Source: the human T2T-CHM13v2.0 reference genome, Homo sapiens
Assembly (NCBI RefSeq): GCF_009914755.1
Contig: NC_060930.1
Length of the DNA: 64,000 nucleotides
Reading direction: 5' to 3' (one strand)
Position numbers and translations under genes: made by a program. The notes beneath the pieces were generated by a model. The model was given only the letters and a program-made list of their open reading frames with translations. It had not been told where the DNA came from and did no database searches. Below, piece by piece: positions 29,391 through 47,786 of this stretch. Each line of letters begins with the position of its first letter. Position 1 is the first letter of the stretch.

Positions 29391-29599
29391 TAGCAGCTAG
29401 AGGTGTCTGAATTCTAACTCTTCCAATCTCACTGACAACTCAAACTCCGTTGCCTTCTCCCTGCTACTTTCCCCCACTATTGCTACCTTTGATTTGAACA
29501 AGATTTCAGCAGGACAAAATGTCACAAACAGGGACAAGGGATCTCCCACATGATGTTATTTCGGGGGGGCTCCTTAAAGCTTTTATGGAGACTTTGTGT

Positions 29600-30214
<615 letters not shown>

Positions 30215-31316
30215 TAAATAGGGTGTTGTGAAAGAGTCATGGTTTTCAAAGTTTCAAGAGAAGTGTTTTATTAAAAGAGGGGAAGAAATCAATGTTACCT
30301 TTGTCAAGAGAGTTCTGTATCTTAAACAATCAGCTTCTTGTTCATCATCAGGTTCAATGAAAAGTGCACAAAGTCCTAGAGACCTGATAATAATTAAGAA
30401 TATTCACAGCTTCCTTCCGAAGGCTCCTTTTAATCATTGATTTTTATATCTGGGTGGTCTTACAATGAGCTGTTTTTGTTGTTTTATATATCTCTTGCAT
30501 TCTCAATCTGGGATAAATGAGGAAAACTTCTAAATTAAAACATTTGCTCCAACAGTTGTCCTTCTTTCACATTCTGGTTTTAATAATGAGGTACTAATAT
30601 TCTGGAGAAATCTTTCATAAACTGAGTATTGTTTTTAAATCTGCTTATTTATGTTTCTTGTGCAACTTTCTGTGATATGCTGTGTTCAGGAGGAAACATC
30701 TGTCTTTGGGGTTTTCGTCACCGTGAGGCAGTTTACTACAGGGCATGGCATGTCTGGGTGCTCAGAGATAACTCTCCAACATGGGCAGGCCCGGGAACAC
30801 ATGTTCACGGTGACAGCCACGGCCGTATCCCCAAGTACATACTCATGTGCTCATTTGCAGGAAACACATAGAGGTGTGGTCCATGTGAACATGTGTCCAG
30901 AGGTTCCAAAGAATGTGTCTGTTAGTGACAAGAGGGACAGCTGTTGCTAGGACAGAGCCTTCAATACTTAAGTGACATTGTAGCGCTGGGTGCTCTTATG
31001 AAAAGCGAGCTCAGGTCCTTTGAGGAATATGTACTATGGAAAGTTCCAATGAACTGGAATATTAACTTTCCATTAACGTGTCTCATTTTCCTGGAATTCC
31101 TATGTGAGAATTCTCTGTTTTGTTTGCACAACCCCAGGCTTCACATATCGAATTAGTAAATGAACTATCTACTTTTAAAGATCTAGGGTATCTCACAGAG
31201 GCTATGGATTTTAGGCAAAAGAAAAACTATAAAGACGGCTGTCCCTAAAACCAGGCAAACTTTGGGAAACTCATACTCACTCACCAAATTTTGCCCAAAC
31301 TCATACTCATTAGCTA

Positions 31317-31624
31317 TTTCTTTTTTTTTTTTTTTTTTTTTTTGAGATGGGGTCTTGCTCTGTCACCCAGGCTAGGGTGCTGTGGCACGATCTTGGCTCT
31401 CTACAACCTCTGCCTCCTGGGTTCAAGTGATTCTCCTGCCTCAGCCTCCCGAGTAGCTGGGATTACAGGTGTGTGCCACCATGCCCAGCTAATTTTTTGT
31501 ATTTTTAGTACAGACAGTGTTTCACTATGTTGGCCAGGCTGGTCTTGAACTCCTGAGCTTGTGATCCACCTGCCTCGGCCTCCCGAGTAGCTGGGATTAC
31601 AGGCATGTGCCATCGTGCCCGGCC
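31317..31624 (-). mobile_element. AluS
   Basis: Perfect TSD TCATTAGCTATTTC. Confidence 0.95.
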
Positions 31625-31767
31625 TCATTAGCTATTTCCACACTTATGCATGTTGTTGGCCATTCATTGAATTAGTTGATCAAAACTTTACAGTATTATT
31701 TTCCAACTCCCTAATAAACTGGGGCGGTACTTGATAAAGAAGTAAATGATGCTTTCTACTTTTAAAA

Positions 31768-31913
31768 TGCTGGAGCTGGCCCCTACAGGTTCATGAGAGC
31801 CAATTGTGTGTATCGCTTCCCAACTCCACGTTTACTGTTGTCATGTTGGTAGCTTAAAATTAGCTACAGTGGAAGTTTACACTGTGGGAATAGGCATTTG
31901 CTACAAATCAGGG
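31768..31913 (+). mobile_element. MER63-like hAT DNA transposon fragment
   Basis: TGCTGGAGCTGG...GAGAGCCAATTGTG...CTTCCCAACTCC...GTTGGTAGCTT...GCTACAAATCAGGG. Confidence 0.75.
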
Positions 31914-32354
31914 ATTAATTTTCCCAGGCAGCTGGATGTGGAGCATTCACAGGCACCCCGTTTGGAAAGCTGATGTCATTTGGTGCATGTTTGCCACAGT
32001 GAGGCTTTCTGGACAGCCTGGACTCAGGCTGGACTTTCCTGCTGCAACAAGTTCTGTGTAAAGATTCAAGAGCCACTTGGGTTGTAGAAACTACCAAGTC
32101 TTAAGAGTTAAAATGTCAAGGCTGCCTAATGAAGAAAAACTACCAGGGTGAGGTCTGGGTTCTTTCTTTCCTCTATGTATGTGGGTTTTTGTTGTTGTTT
32201 TTTTTTTTTTAACCTAAGACTTGGCTTTTATACTTTTTCCTGTTAGATTTTATTTCTTGAATTCAACTCATTTTTCCAGATATTTTCAATATCTTATTTG
32301 AATCGTGATTCTGTACTTGGTAAACCATAAACCCCATTAGCAACATAAACTATT

Positions 32355-32886
<532 letters not shown>

Positions 32887-32928
32887 TTATTCACAACTGT
32901 GTTATTGATCATAGTGTTGGAAGGGACA

Positions 32929-33413
32929 GTCTCTTGGATTGGGTTTTTTCCATGCAGACTTGGAGGCAGATCGTTAATTTAAAAAATGATCCAAGGAAAC
33001 CAGAGCAACAGCACAGGTGGAGTGGTTGGTGGGGGAAGAAGGGAAAGGTCATGAAGGGTACCTAGTAGAGCTTATTGTCCTTATTCCTGCGGGTCAATCC
33101 TGATGGGGACTCTGAGCACCTCTGTAGATGGTGCACACCTGCCTCTCTGAAGTGGAGATCCTGCACCATTTATCCACTGACTCCTTTTCCCTACTGGTGA
33201 GTGTTGCCCCTGAGGACAGTAACTCCCTTGCATTTCCAGGCAGCGAGGCAACTTCCCAGGCATCATCTGAGAAAGCTGGTGGAGAAAAGCCAGGGACTCT
33301 GCCTGCACTTGAGGTGAACCAACACTGCATGCACTGAAATCGTCCACCACAGCCACAGCTGAAGCAGAGGCGGGCTGAGAGGGGGTGGCTCAGGGCACCG
33401 TAACATCTGCTAT
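32929..33413 (-). mobile_element. Old ERVL-class solo LTR (LTR16/LTR33-like)
   Basis: Ends GGGCACCGTAACATCTGCTA, the reverse complement of an LTR16-type start; TAACTCCCTTGCATTTCCAGG. Confidence 0.6.
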
Positions 33414-33449
33414 GGACAGAACTGAGGGATGAATTTTAGGAGGTGTTCA

Positions 33450-33900
33450 TTAACTCAATTAAGTATTTATATATTAACCAATTAGATGAAACATCTACTA
33501 AACGTGTTATTTCCAGACACTATTGTAGGTACTAAGGACCCAGCAGTAAAGTCTCTGCCTTCAATGAACTGATATTCTAGAAGACAGATTCTTAAAATTA
33601 ATAATAATATAATGTTGGTAGGTGATTAGTGGTAGAAAAAATATTTAAATAAGAAAGGCAAAGGATGAGGAGGCGATGAATGTGGAGTAGGGACACAGAG
33701 TGTTATTTTAGAAGAGTAGTCAGTGAGGGCTGCTTGGATGAGGGGCCATTTGAGCACAATCTTGAATGAAGTGAGCCAGAGGAGCATGTAGGCGGACAGT
33801 GGCGGAGTCAGCAGTACTGCTTTCCAGACCCAGGGAAAATTCCGTGCAAAGATCTGGAGTCAGGAACAACCCTGCTGTGTTAAAGGATCAGGGCCAGACA
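33450..33900 (-). mobile_element. L2 fragment
   Basis: CCAGACACTATTGTAGGTACT...GGTCAGTGAGGGC...CATTTGAGCA...TGAATGAAG. Confidence 0.7.
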
Positions 33901-34246
33901 CAGTTAAGCACAGAGATCCAGTGGCAAGTGAAAGAGACATGCTCCCTGCCCTGTAGAGCGTAGAGTCTGCTGGGGCGACTGCCATTAACTTCATAAACAA
34001 TCACACAGATCAAAGCAAATTTATAGAGTGTGGTAAAGGCATAATCGAATTTGTGTTTCTTAATGATTACATGTCTACTATGAGCAGAGGGACTGAAGAG
34101 GGTCGATGCTTGGTGTCTGTCTATCATTCAACACTGTTCATTGCTTTCTCCTTTACTTCTCACTATCAATAACTGGACATAGCCCTGGATGCTCGGTATG
34201 CTTCATGACAATCTGCTTCTTGGCATGTTTTCAAGAAACATATTGA

Positions 34247-35489
<1,243 letters not shown>

Positions 35490-35599
35490 CTATCCTCTAT
35501 GCCTGCACAGAAAAACTGAAGGGAACTTAACCTGAAATTCATATATTAATAGTACTGATTTCCACTGCCATGCCAAAGAGTAAGTAAAGAGTCAAGAGC

Positions 35600-35800
35600 C
35601 ACTATGGTATAGAGGAAAGAGCATAGACTTGGACTTAAATCCACCTAGGCTCCAATTCCAGCTCCGATAATGATTAACTACATAGCTTTAAACAAATGAT
35701 TTTACCCCTCTAAGCCTCATCTTTAAAAGGGGGATAATAATGCCTGCTCTGGAGCATTACAAAGATGAAATCAGATCATGTATATAAAGCATCTGATTCA
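35600..35800 (+). mobile_element. MIR
   Basis: GGAAAGAGCATAGACTTGGA...CCTCTAAGCCTCA...GGGGATAATAATGCCT. Confidence 0.75.
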
Positions 35801-38419
35801 CTACAGAGGCCGAAAATGGATTATTATATTAATCACATCATAGAGAATCCTAACTAATCTAAAACACTGTGATATATGTGGGTTTTGTCTGAACCACAAA
35901 AAAATATTAAAATGGCCCATGCAAAATTGAAACAAGTAAACAAATAAACTGAAAGGAGCTTGTAAATAATCGGACAAACCTGTTTAGTCCAATTATCCCA
36001 AGACACATATTTGGTATCCATGAGAAACTGCTGGGGGTGGAATGAAAGGAGTATGGCGGAAGGTCAAAGTCAACTGCCTGTGGATGATTTCCTGGAAAAG
36101 TGTTTCTTTCCAGATCTCTTGTTTAGAGAGAGGTCAGACTGACCATGAAACACAGATGCTGAAGCCTCAAACATAGGATGTTCTACGAGGTCCAACCCAA
36201 AAAGGGAAATGCATTTTGATGATCCAGCAAGAAATTCTTATTAGTGCAGGAACTCTTGCCCACCATCTGCCAAGGGAGGCTATAATGGCATTGTTGACTC
36301 CCACACAGCAAGCAGAGCCTTAATCATGTTTTACTAGGCCTCACAGATCACAGGAGCAGGCATGCCCTCTTAGCCCCAGGCCTGGCACCACCCCTGCAAG
36401 GTAAGTAGTTTACAGGTGTGTCTGGGTCTACTTCAGGTCGGTCAGTTTAAGACAGCTCCACAGGACCTTAACCCAGAGAAGGAGGTCAGCCCCAGGCAGA
36501 AGCTCCCACACCAAGGAAGAAAAAGCTGGGCACCAGCTTTTTCACTATCTCCTGGGCACCAAACTAAATGATGTTTAGACTAGACTGGAAGGAATGACAA
36601 CAAATCCAAAAGAAAAGTAAAAATTGGAAATAGTATTAAGAGCAAAAACTTGTTGTTGTCTAATCAGGATAAGCAGCAAAACGTACATTGCATTCAGATG
36701 TGCAGGCCAGTGATCTATAGCCTTTGCAGGCTTTGGGTCCTTTCAACAGGCCACTTCTCCTCCTCGTCATCACTTACCACAGCAGCAGTGTAGGTTATTA
36801 TGGTGCTGTGTGGCTTGCAAAGCATTCTGGAACACACGGTTTTGTTACAATCCTCAACGCAATCTGATGAACAAGGTTATTATTGTCCTCATTTTAAGGG
36901 TGAGGCCATTGAGACTCAGAAGAAAAAAATTAATTGATTTACACCAGGATCCACATGAAATAGATTTGGGAGCAGAGATTTGGACCCTGGGCTCCTGACA
37001 CCAAGTTTTATTTTTGTGGCTACACATTTCATATTGTTGCGGATCTTTAATTGACAAACGTGGTCCCACATTGGCATTGCAGCTGCCTGGTGGGAGTGGG
37101 ACAAAGTGCATTCTACCTGTGGCTCTGGGCTAAAGCCACGTCACCACATAGGAGAGTAGGTAGCTCAGAGAATCAGTCCAAATAGGCTAAGTGGTCATCA
37201 GTCCAGAACTCAAGTTGCCAAATCTAAGGAAATGAGGTCTGAAAGTGGGATCTGAGCCAAACCAATAAAGTCTCAAAAGCCAAGGTGATCCTGGGTAACT
37301 GTGTTCTCTTACTAGGCAAAAGTAAGAGAGAGGCTTTTTTCCTCAGTTTCAGTAAAGTACAAAGTGTGGTTTGAACAGGATTAGTTGGAAATGTCTTTGA
37401 ACCTATTAATAGAGTTGAAATAAATCATCTGCAACTTTATTTATGCATTTCCTCAAGGTCCTTAAGTATGGAACCCTGACCGAAAGATTTTGATAGAGGC
37501 TTTTGCTTTTGTGTTATACTCTCTAAAATTGTCATAACTTGTTTTACTAGTTAATGGAAAGGTGTGATGTCACAACTCTCACAATGTGAGGGACGTGTGG
37601 GCATTTCCTTTGATTGCCAGTTTTTCTCCACAAACCATAGTAAACGTAGGCTCCATGAGAACAGGGATTCTTGTCTGAGTCACTCGTGAATCCTCAATAC
37701 TTGGCACATAATAGAACTCAATAAATATTTTTTATCTGTTGTATGAATAGTGGTGACATTTTACATTGTCTTTTGGCAGAAAGAGGTACTTCTTTTAAAT
37801 CTTAACTAAAAATAGATTCACTTATTATAAAATAAGTTAATTATCTTGGCAAAACATCATGTATCTCCCCCCTTTCCCTGATGATGAAAGTTGTAATGAA
37901 GACATAACCTATTTATTGCTTTTCCAAGAGCATGTGGGCCTCAGGATTACTCCATGGTTATGCATCCAACAGACAAAATATGTTACGTGTGAAAGGTACT
38001 AATTATGTAGGTGGTGGTTTTCAATAAGGGTCAAGGATCCCATATCACAGTCTTACCCAAGGAGTTATGGTTCCACATCTTACGTGAATTTTCTGTAAGG
38101 AAAAACCTGTTTATATTATCTGAGCCCAGAACTTAACTCCATTTTACATATGAACACAAAGCATTTTTGCTCTGTGTTAATATATAAGGAATTTCCAGGA
38201 ATGCAAATATCATGTAAACTGAGGAAAGATTGAGACTTGTTTTGTTTGAAAATTTACCAAAAGTAATTGACTATTGAAGAAAATCACCATCAACAAGTGC
38301 TTATGGTATTGGAGGCACCAATAAAAGAGCAGCTGTCTCAGTTTTTGTAACTATTGCATTTACGATGATAACATATTAACTTTCAAATTTACTTATTTAG
38401 ACTTTCACTTCCATTTATG

Positions 38420-40670
<2,251 letters not shown>

Positions 40671-41229
40671 GAAATATACTTATTTAACCCTTATTTTTAA
40701 ATTTCAAATATAAGGACAGAGTGTGGAAAACATTTAGTAGAATATTGTTCTTACTTATTGTAAATCTGAAATTATTCATTGTAACAAGGAGCAAGCTTCT
40801 AACTATTAATACTTAATAATTAATACTTAATTTTCTTATATAGCAACTGAGAATCTCTACACTGAAATACCTTTTATTTTTCTTTCATATTATATATGAC
40901 ATCATTTTTAATTGTATAACATTTTGTGTTTAAGTTACCCTATCAATAAATTTTTTTTCATGACAGAGAAAAGATTATTACAAGCTAGTTATCAAAAGGG
41001 GCTTTGGATCTGATGGAGTATGAAATCACTTGTCTGAAACACAAAGGAATGTTTTGATGTTCCTGTTGTCTTTACCAATACTCTGATGGAAAACCTACGA
41101 GTGAAGTAGGATTTTTCACATATCTACGCACTACAAACTCCTCCACTTGTCAAAATGATACACTAAGGTAGGCCTCTGTAAATTTGAACTTTGTATGCAG
41201 AGATCTCGCAGTTGCAAAGGAATTATTAG

Positions 41230-41640
41230 TATTACAAATACCATTGAGTACAGTAGTGTCACGACCCTCCTAGATATAGAAAGTATATTCTTATTAATAC
41301 AGCTGACAGTTGTAGTTAATTTTTCTAGGAGCCTCATCATATGGTTCATATCACATTTATGGTTCATACGTTTGCTATATGTAAAACAAGTGAATAGACA
41401 AGATTCTTTTAACCCAGATGAAAACTATGCATTTATCTATTCCTGTTAGGTTTTATCGTGGTGATTTGTGAATTGTAGTTCTTCCACTGAGATAATTTTG
41501 AATATCGATTCTGATGAACTTTATATAGTGGCCTCCTATCCTCTGGTTTGGGGTCGGGGATAAATTTGATTAACGTGCCTTTAGCAGGATGTGAAATATC
41601 TTTGATATTTCCAAAAAAAAGTCTTTGATACATTTATGCC
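41230..41640 (-). mobile_element. L3/CR1 LINE reverse-transcriptase remnant
   Basis: Minus ORFs KGTLIKFIPDPK (CR1 GTLIKFADDTK) and SCINKNILSISRRVVTLLYS (CR1 GCINRSIVSRSREVIVPLYS). Confidence 0.75.
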
Positions 41641-41837
41641 TTTTAGTCAATCATTATTGTTTTGTGAAAAAAAAAACCTCTAATATATTTAGCACTGTAG
41701 ATTCCAAAACTGGGAGTTTCCAGGAGCAGCACACTAAAAGTCCCTTAGTGACCTTTGTCTCTCAGCTCCACACCCAGCCCTCTGTACCACTGAAACTGGA
41801 ATTCTGCAAACTGCATTCTCCAAACTCTCTTGTCATT

Positions 41838-44824
41838 GTGGTCAGTGAGGATATTTTTTATAACTATCTTCTTAAATCTATTGAGACTTAATTTGTGGCC
41901 TAACATATGGTCTATCCTGGAAAATGTCATATGTGCACTTGAGAAGAATGCGTATACTATTGTTGGCTACAATGCTCTGTATGTCTGTTAGATCTGGTTG
42001 ATTTATTGTGTCGTTTAAACGCTTGGTTTCCATATTTATCTTCTGTCTTGTTGGCCTGTCCATTTTTGAGAGTGGGGTAATAAAGTCTCCAACTAGTATC
42101 ATAGAACTATTTCTCTCTTTGTTTCTGTGAAGTTTTGCTTCATGTATGATGGTTGCTTATTAGGTGTGTAAATATTAATATTTATAATTATTATTTCTTG
42201 CTGGAGTGAAACTTTTATTAATATATAATGTCCTTGTTTCTTGCAAACATTTTTGATTTAAAGTTTATTTTGTCTGATATTAGTACAGCTACTCCTGCTC
42301 CTTTTTGGACACTATTTGCATGGAATATCTCTTTCCTCCTTCCACTTTCAATCTATTTGTGTCTTTAAATGTAAAGTAAGTCTCTTATAGACAGTACACA
42401 GTTGAATTCTGTTTTTTAATACATTCTGCTGATCTCTGACTTTTGATTGGAGAATTGAACTCGTTTACATTGAAAGTAATGACTGATAAGGAGTGATATT
42501 TCTGTCATTTTGCTATTTGTTTTCTATATGTCTTATACCTTTTTGTGGTCCCTCACTTCCTGCATTGCTGTCTTCTATTGTGTTTAGTTGATTTTTTATA
42601 GTGAATTATTTAAATTCCCTTCTCATTATATGTATTCTATAGCTATTTTCTTTGTGGTTAACATGGGGATTATATTTAACATCCTGAAGTTGTAACACTC
42701 TAACTTGAATTTATACCAGCTTAAGTTCAACAACATACAAAAACTTTCCTTCTTTAACAGCTCCATTCCCACTCCTGTTGGGTTTTGGTGTCACAAAATT
42801 ACATCTTTATATATTGTGTGTCCAAAACATAAACTAATAATTCTTCAGAATGCATTAACCTCTTAAATCATATGAAAAACAAAATGTGAATTTACAAATC
42901 AGTTTACAATACTAATAGCTTTTAGACTAGTAATTGTTTCTTTTAATGTTTTAGTCTCTTAAATCATGTAGAAAACAGAAAGTGCAGTTACAAATCATTA
43001 TTACAATAATGCTAGCTTTTATAATTGCCAATATATTTACCTGTATTTATAGCTTTATTTCTTCATGCAGCTTCAAGTGATTATCTGGTGTCTTTCCATT
43101 TCAACCTCCAGGACTCCCTTGGTCTTGTAGGGCAAGTCTAGAGATAACAAATTTCCTCCGCATTTATCTGGGAATGTCTTAATTTCTTCCTCACTTTTGA
43201 AAGGCAGCTTTGCCAGATATAGGATTCTTGACTGACAATTTGTTTGGGTTTTTTTCTAGCACCTTGAATATATTGGCCCACTGCCATCTGCCTCTAAAGT
43301 TCCCAGTGATTATCTGTGGATAATCTTATCACGGATCCCTTATATATGATGAGTTCCTTCTCTCATACTGCTTTCTCTCTTTGTGTTTGGCTTTCGAAAG
43401 TTTGATTATAATGTCTCTCACTGTGGGTCTCTGAGTTTATCTTACTTAGAGTTCTTTGAGCTTCTCGAAAGTTTACATTTATGTCTTTCATCAAATTTGG
43501 GATGTTTTTAGCCATTATTTCTACAGACATTCTCTCTGCCCCCTTTCTGTCTCTCTTTTCTTCTGAGACTTCCACAATGTGTATATTGGTCTGTTTGATG
43601 GTCCCACAGATCCTTTAAGCTCTATGCAATTTTCTTCACTCTTTTTTTTTTTTCTGTTCCTCAGACTTGATTTCTATTATCCTATCTTCAAGTTTGCTGG
43701 TTCTTTCTTCTGTCTGCTCAAATCTACATTTGAATTCCTCTACTGAGTTTTTCATTTTTGGTCATCGTATTTTCAGCTCCAGAATTTCTTTTTTGTTTCT
43801 TTTTATGTTTTCTATTTGTTGGTATTGCCATTTTGTACATACATCTTATTCTTGACAGTCTCCACATCTTTTAGTTTGTTGAATATCTTTAAGATGGTTA
43901 CTTTAAAGTCTTTGTCAAGTAGCTATGCCATCAGGTCTTTTTCAGAGACAGTTTCTGTTTATTCTTTTTTCCTCTGAATAAGCCATATTTTCCTGCTTCT
44001 TTGTATGCTTTGCAATTTTTTGTTGAAAACCAGGCATTTGAATCTAATAATCTGCTAACTCTGGAACTCAGGTTCTCCCCCTTTCCCAGGATTTTCTGGG
44101 TTTTGTGTTTATGTTTTATTGTTTGTGTTTCTGATGTTGTAGACTGTCTCTGTGCCAAAGATCAGTGTCAGTTGTAAACTTAGGTCTTTGCAGGTCTTTT
44201 CTGAACGCGGGTCTTTTCCTGGGTATGTGCAGTCACTTTCTAATGCTCCCCATATATGCAGTGGTTTTCAAATGTTATAGTCTTCAATGTCTGGCACCCA
44301 AAAGGGAGAAAAAAGAAAAATGAAGGGAGACAGAAAAGGGCACCAGCCTTTTAAATCTCCTGGAAATCACTTCTACTAGCGGGGAAGTGCTTGCAAAAAT
44401 GGCGGGGAGGTGCAACCACAATGGCCATTAGCCTCTTTGTCTGTATCTCTGTGATCAGAAGAAGCAATCAGTGATCCAAATACAGATCCCTGATGTTTGG
44501 AGGACAGGATCCTTTTTACCCACCCCAGCTCCTACAAGCTGCCTACAAGTCACTCCAGGAACTCCGGGAGCTCCAGGAGCTCCTGCACAGGTGCCTGTCG
44601 TGTAGCTGGGGTGGAGGATGAGTGCTACTGCTACCTGCCAAGAGCTGAAATTGACCAACATTAAATGCAATTTACTGCCTAAGCCTTCTCCTGGAATTTG
44701 CAACCTTCTATAGATTCCTGAGTTCCAAAACAGTTACATCAGACAGATTCTGCCATTACAATCCTTGTCTGGATGGGGAGAGAAATGCCTGGTGCCTTCC
44801 ACTCTGCCATCTTCCTAGAATCCC
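41838..44824 (-). mobile_element. Old L1M 5' portion with apparent 5' end (5'UTR, ORF1, inter-ORF, ORF2 endonuclease)
   Basis: ILVGDFITPLSKMDR..RQKI, TFSRIDHMLGHK; ORF1 EIMAKNIPNLMKDIN; 5' end GGATTCTAGGAAGATGGC on -. Confidence 0.9.
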
Positions 44825-45108
44825 TAGACATTCTCTTTTGCTACTTACAAAATTAAAATATTAAGAAACAATTAAAATTATAATGGCAATAGGATAAAAG
44901 AAGTAGTATTTTAACTATAGTATTTTCTAGGATGAGGAAGGTTTTCCATTTGACTATAAATCCCTTAAGGGCAGGAACTCCATTCATCCAATAGGTATTT
45001 TTTTTAGCATTATTTCATGCTAGACTCATTCAGGTGTTTTATATCACTTCAATGCAAAGTTGAATAATTTAATTCTAGGACAAAGCAGGAGTCTTAACTT
45101 TTATCTAG

Positions 45109-45341
45109 ACTAGTGGTTTACAAACCTCTTTTTGGCCTTCTAGCTCTTTCATCAAATGAAAGTTCATATAGAAGTCCAATAAATCCAGTAGGCATGAGTA
45201 AAGCTACTCCATTTGAGCAGGTACCTCAGAAAGTCCAGAGCCCAAGCAGCTAGTGCCCACTGCCCCCACCCGACCCAGTGGTCCTCAGGGAGTATTCACA
45301 GACACACCAAGGCCTTATGGAGCATTATTTGAGAACACCTG
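45109..45341. mobile_element. hAT-Charlie-type MITE (subfamily uncertain)
   Basis: Termini CTAGTGGTTTACAAAC ... TTTGAGAACACCTG; TCTAGA-type target site. Confidence 0.5.
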
Positions 45342-45558
45342 GTCTACTTAACCCATCATTTTATATCATAGATAGGAAACTGAGAAATAGATAGAGAGCT
45401 GCCCAAGGCCACACAGCTGATGAGTAGTGAGTCCACCTACAACAGAGACTGTGATGATCAAGGTTCATGGGGTCACAGATTTTTGCGGGTCCCAAGTCTG
45501 AAGGGATTCAAATTCAAACTTGGCCAGAAGGAACCCAAGTTATATAAAAGGGGATACA

Positions 45559-45898
<340 letters not shown>

Positions 45899-47445
45899 TT
45901 ATATGTCATGTCTGGATACTTGTATTCATGTGTATATTTTGTCATATTCATACATGTGAGAAGAGCTAATAATTTTTTGTGCAGGGATGATTTTAGGAAC
46001 TAACTCAGAAAAACCAATACAGCTTTCATCCTGATGCATGACTTACGTACGATTAAAAATACCATTTCTGGTTGGTTTTAGGAAAAACTTACCAGATTTG
46101 TAGATTATAAAATTGGTTGAACGTGTTTACTGTTTGGAAGTGGATGGAGTGTTGTCAAACTGCAAGAGCATTTTTAAATTTTTTATTATATAATATTATT
46201 AAATATTTACTTTAAAATTATTTCCATGTGCTGAAACTTGTTCCATTGTAGTAAAGCTTTAGTAAAATTACATAAGCACACGAACTAGAAATGCGATTAT
46301 GTGTAATTAACGTTACCAATGTAATTGAAGAACATGGCCTTACTATATAATTTATAAATCTGTACACAATTAATTTTGTGTGATCTTTTTGATCTCTTTT
46401 TACAATGCATTACTTCTCTAAGTTCTGTAGAATCCTGCATTACTAAGAGCATTTTTAGATTAGCACACATCTATGACACCATTAACAAAATATCCATCCC
46501 CTTGTCATTCTGGCTTTTGATTTGACAGATTAGGCAATAGCTCTAATTTAGACAGCCAAATTGGTTCTCTACTTAAAAGACAGAAATTATGCTCTTCTTC
46601 ATAATTATCTACACTCTCATTGTAATCTTCATCTACCACCACTGTTACCATGCAAAGCATTGATTAAATATTTCTTTGTACATTTCACAAAGAAAGATTT
46701 TACAAGTGCATATTTACTGCCTTCCAGAAAATAATAATTTTAAAGGAATATATGTTAATTATCTGTTTGAAACTGTCAATGTGAGCTAAATCTTTAGTAC
46801 CTCTAATTTATACCCAGGTACTTGAAATTTTAAATAGCAGTTCCAAAAAATCAAAAGCTTTTTGACCAAATGTGTTATTATGGGGAAGGGAATTCTTACA
46901 GAAACAAATAATTGCTAGAACTTTTATTTCATTATCTTAGGAACCTCCTCTTCAATGATTGTTGATCTCAATATGGTTATTGTCTCATGAGGCCCTCATG
47001 AATTGGCTGGGGAGAGTCTCTGGCATTTGTTTGGAGCTTTTAAGGAGTTAGCACTTCCAGCCTGTCTCTTTTCTCCATTTATCCTTCTATTAAGAGACTC
47101 TACTTAGCAAGTGCTCTCTCTTCAGTGGCTGTAGGGTTTTATGCAGCTAATTTTTATCTGTTGAGTACAGTCATTAGACCCTTGATTACCAAGGGCAGAG
47201 ATTTACTCAGGCCACCTTAATAAAAATGGGGATGTATTATAAATATAGGTGGGTACCAGAGCCTAAAAGCTATGAGAATACTAAGTAGTACTTGAGACAA
47301 CTCTCCTCTCCACTTCTCTTACAGCCTATGTGGTCTCTCTTTCAAAGCGCCACTGCTTTGCTCTCTATGCCTGCCCCATCTTTCTGTGAATCTACTCTGT
47401 ATTCCCCAGGAATTTGGGGACTTACACCCCAAGAAACAGTTTTGG

Positions 47446-47786
<341 letters not shown>

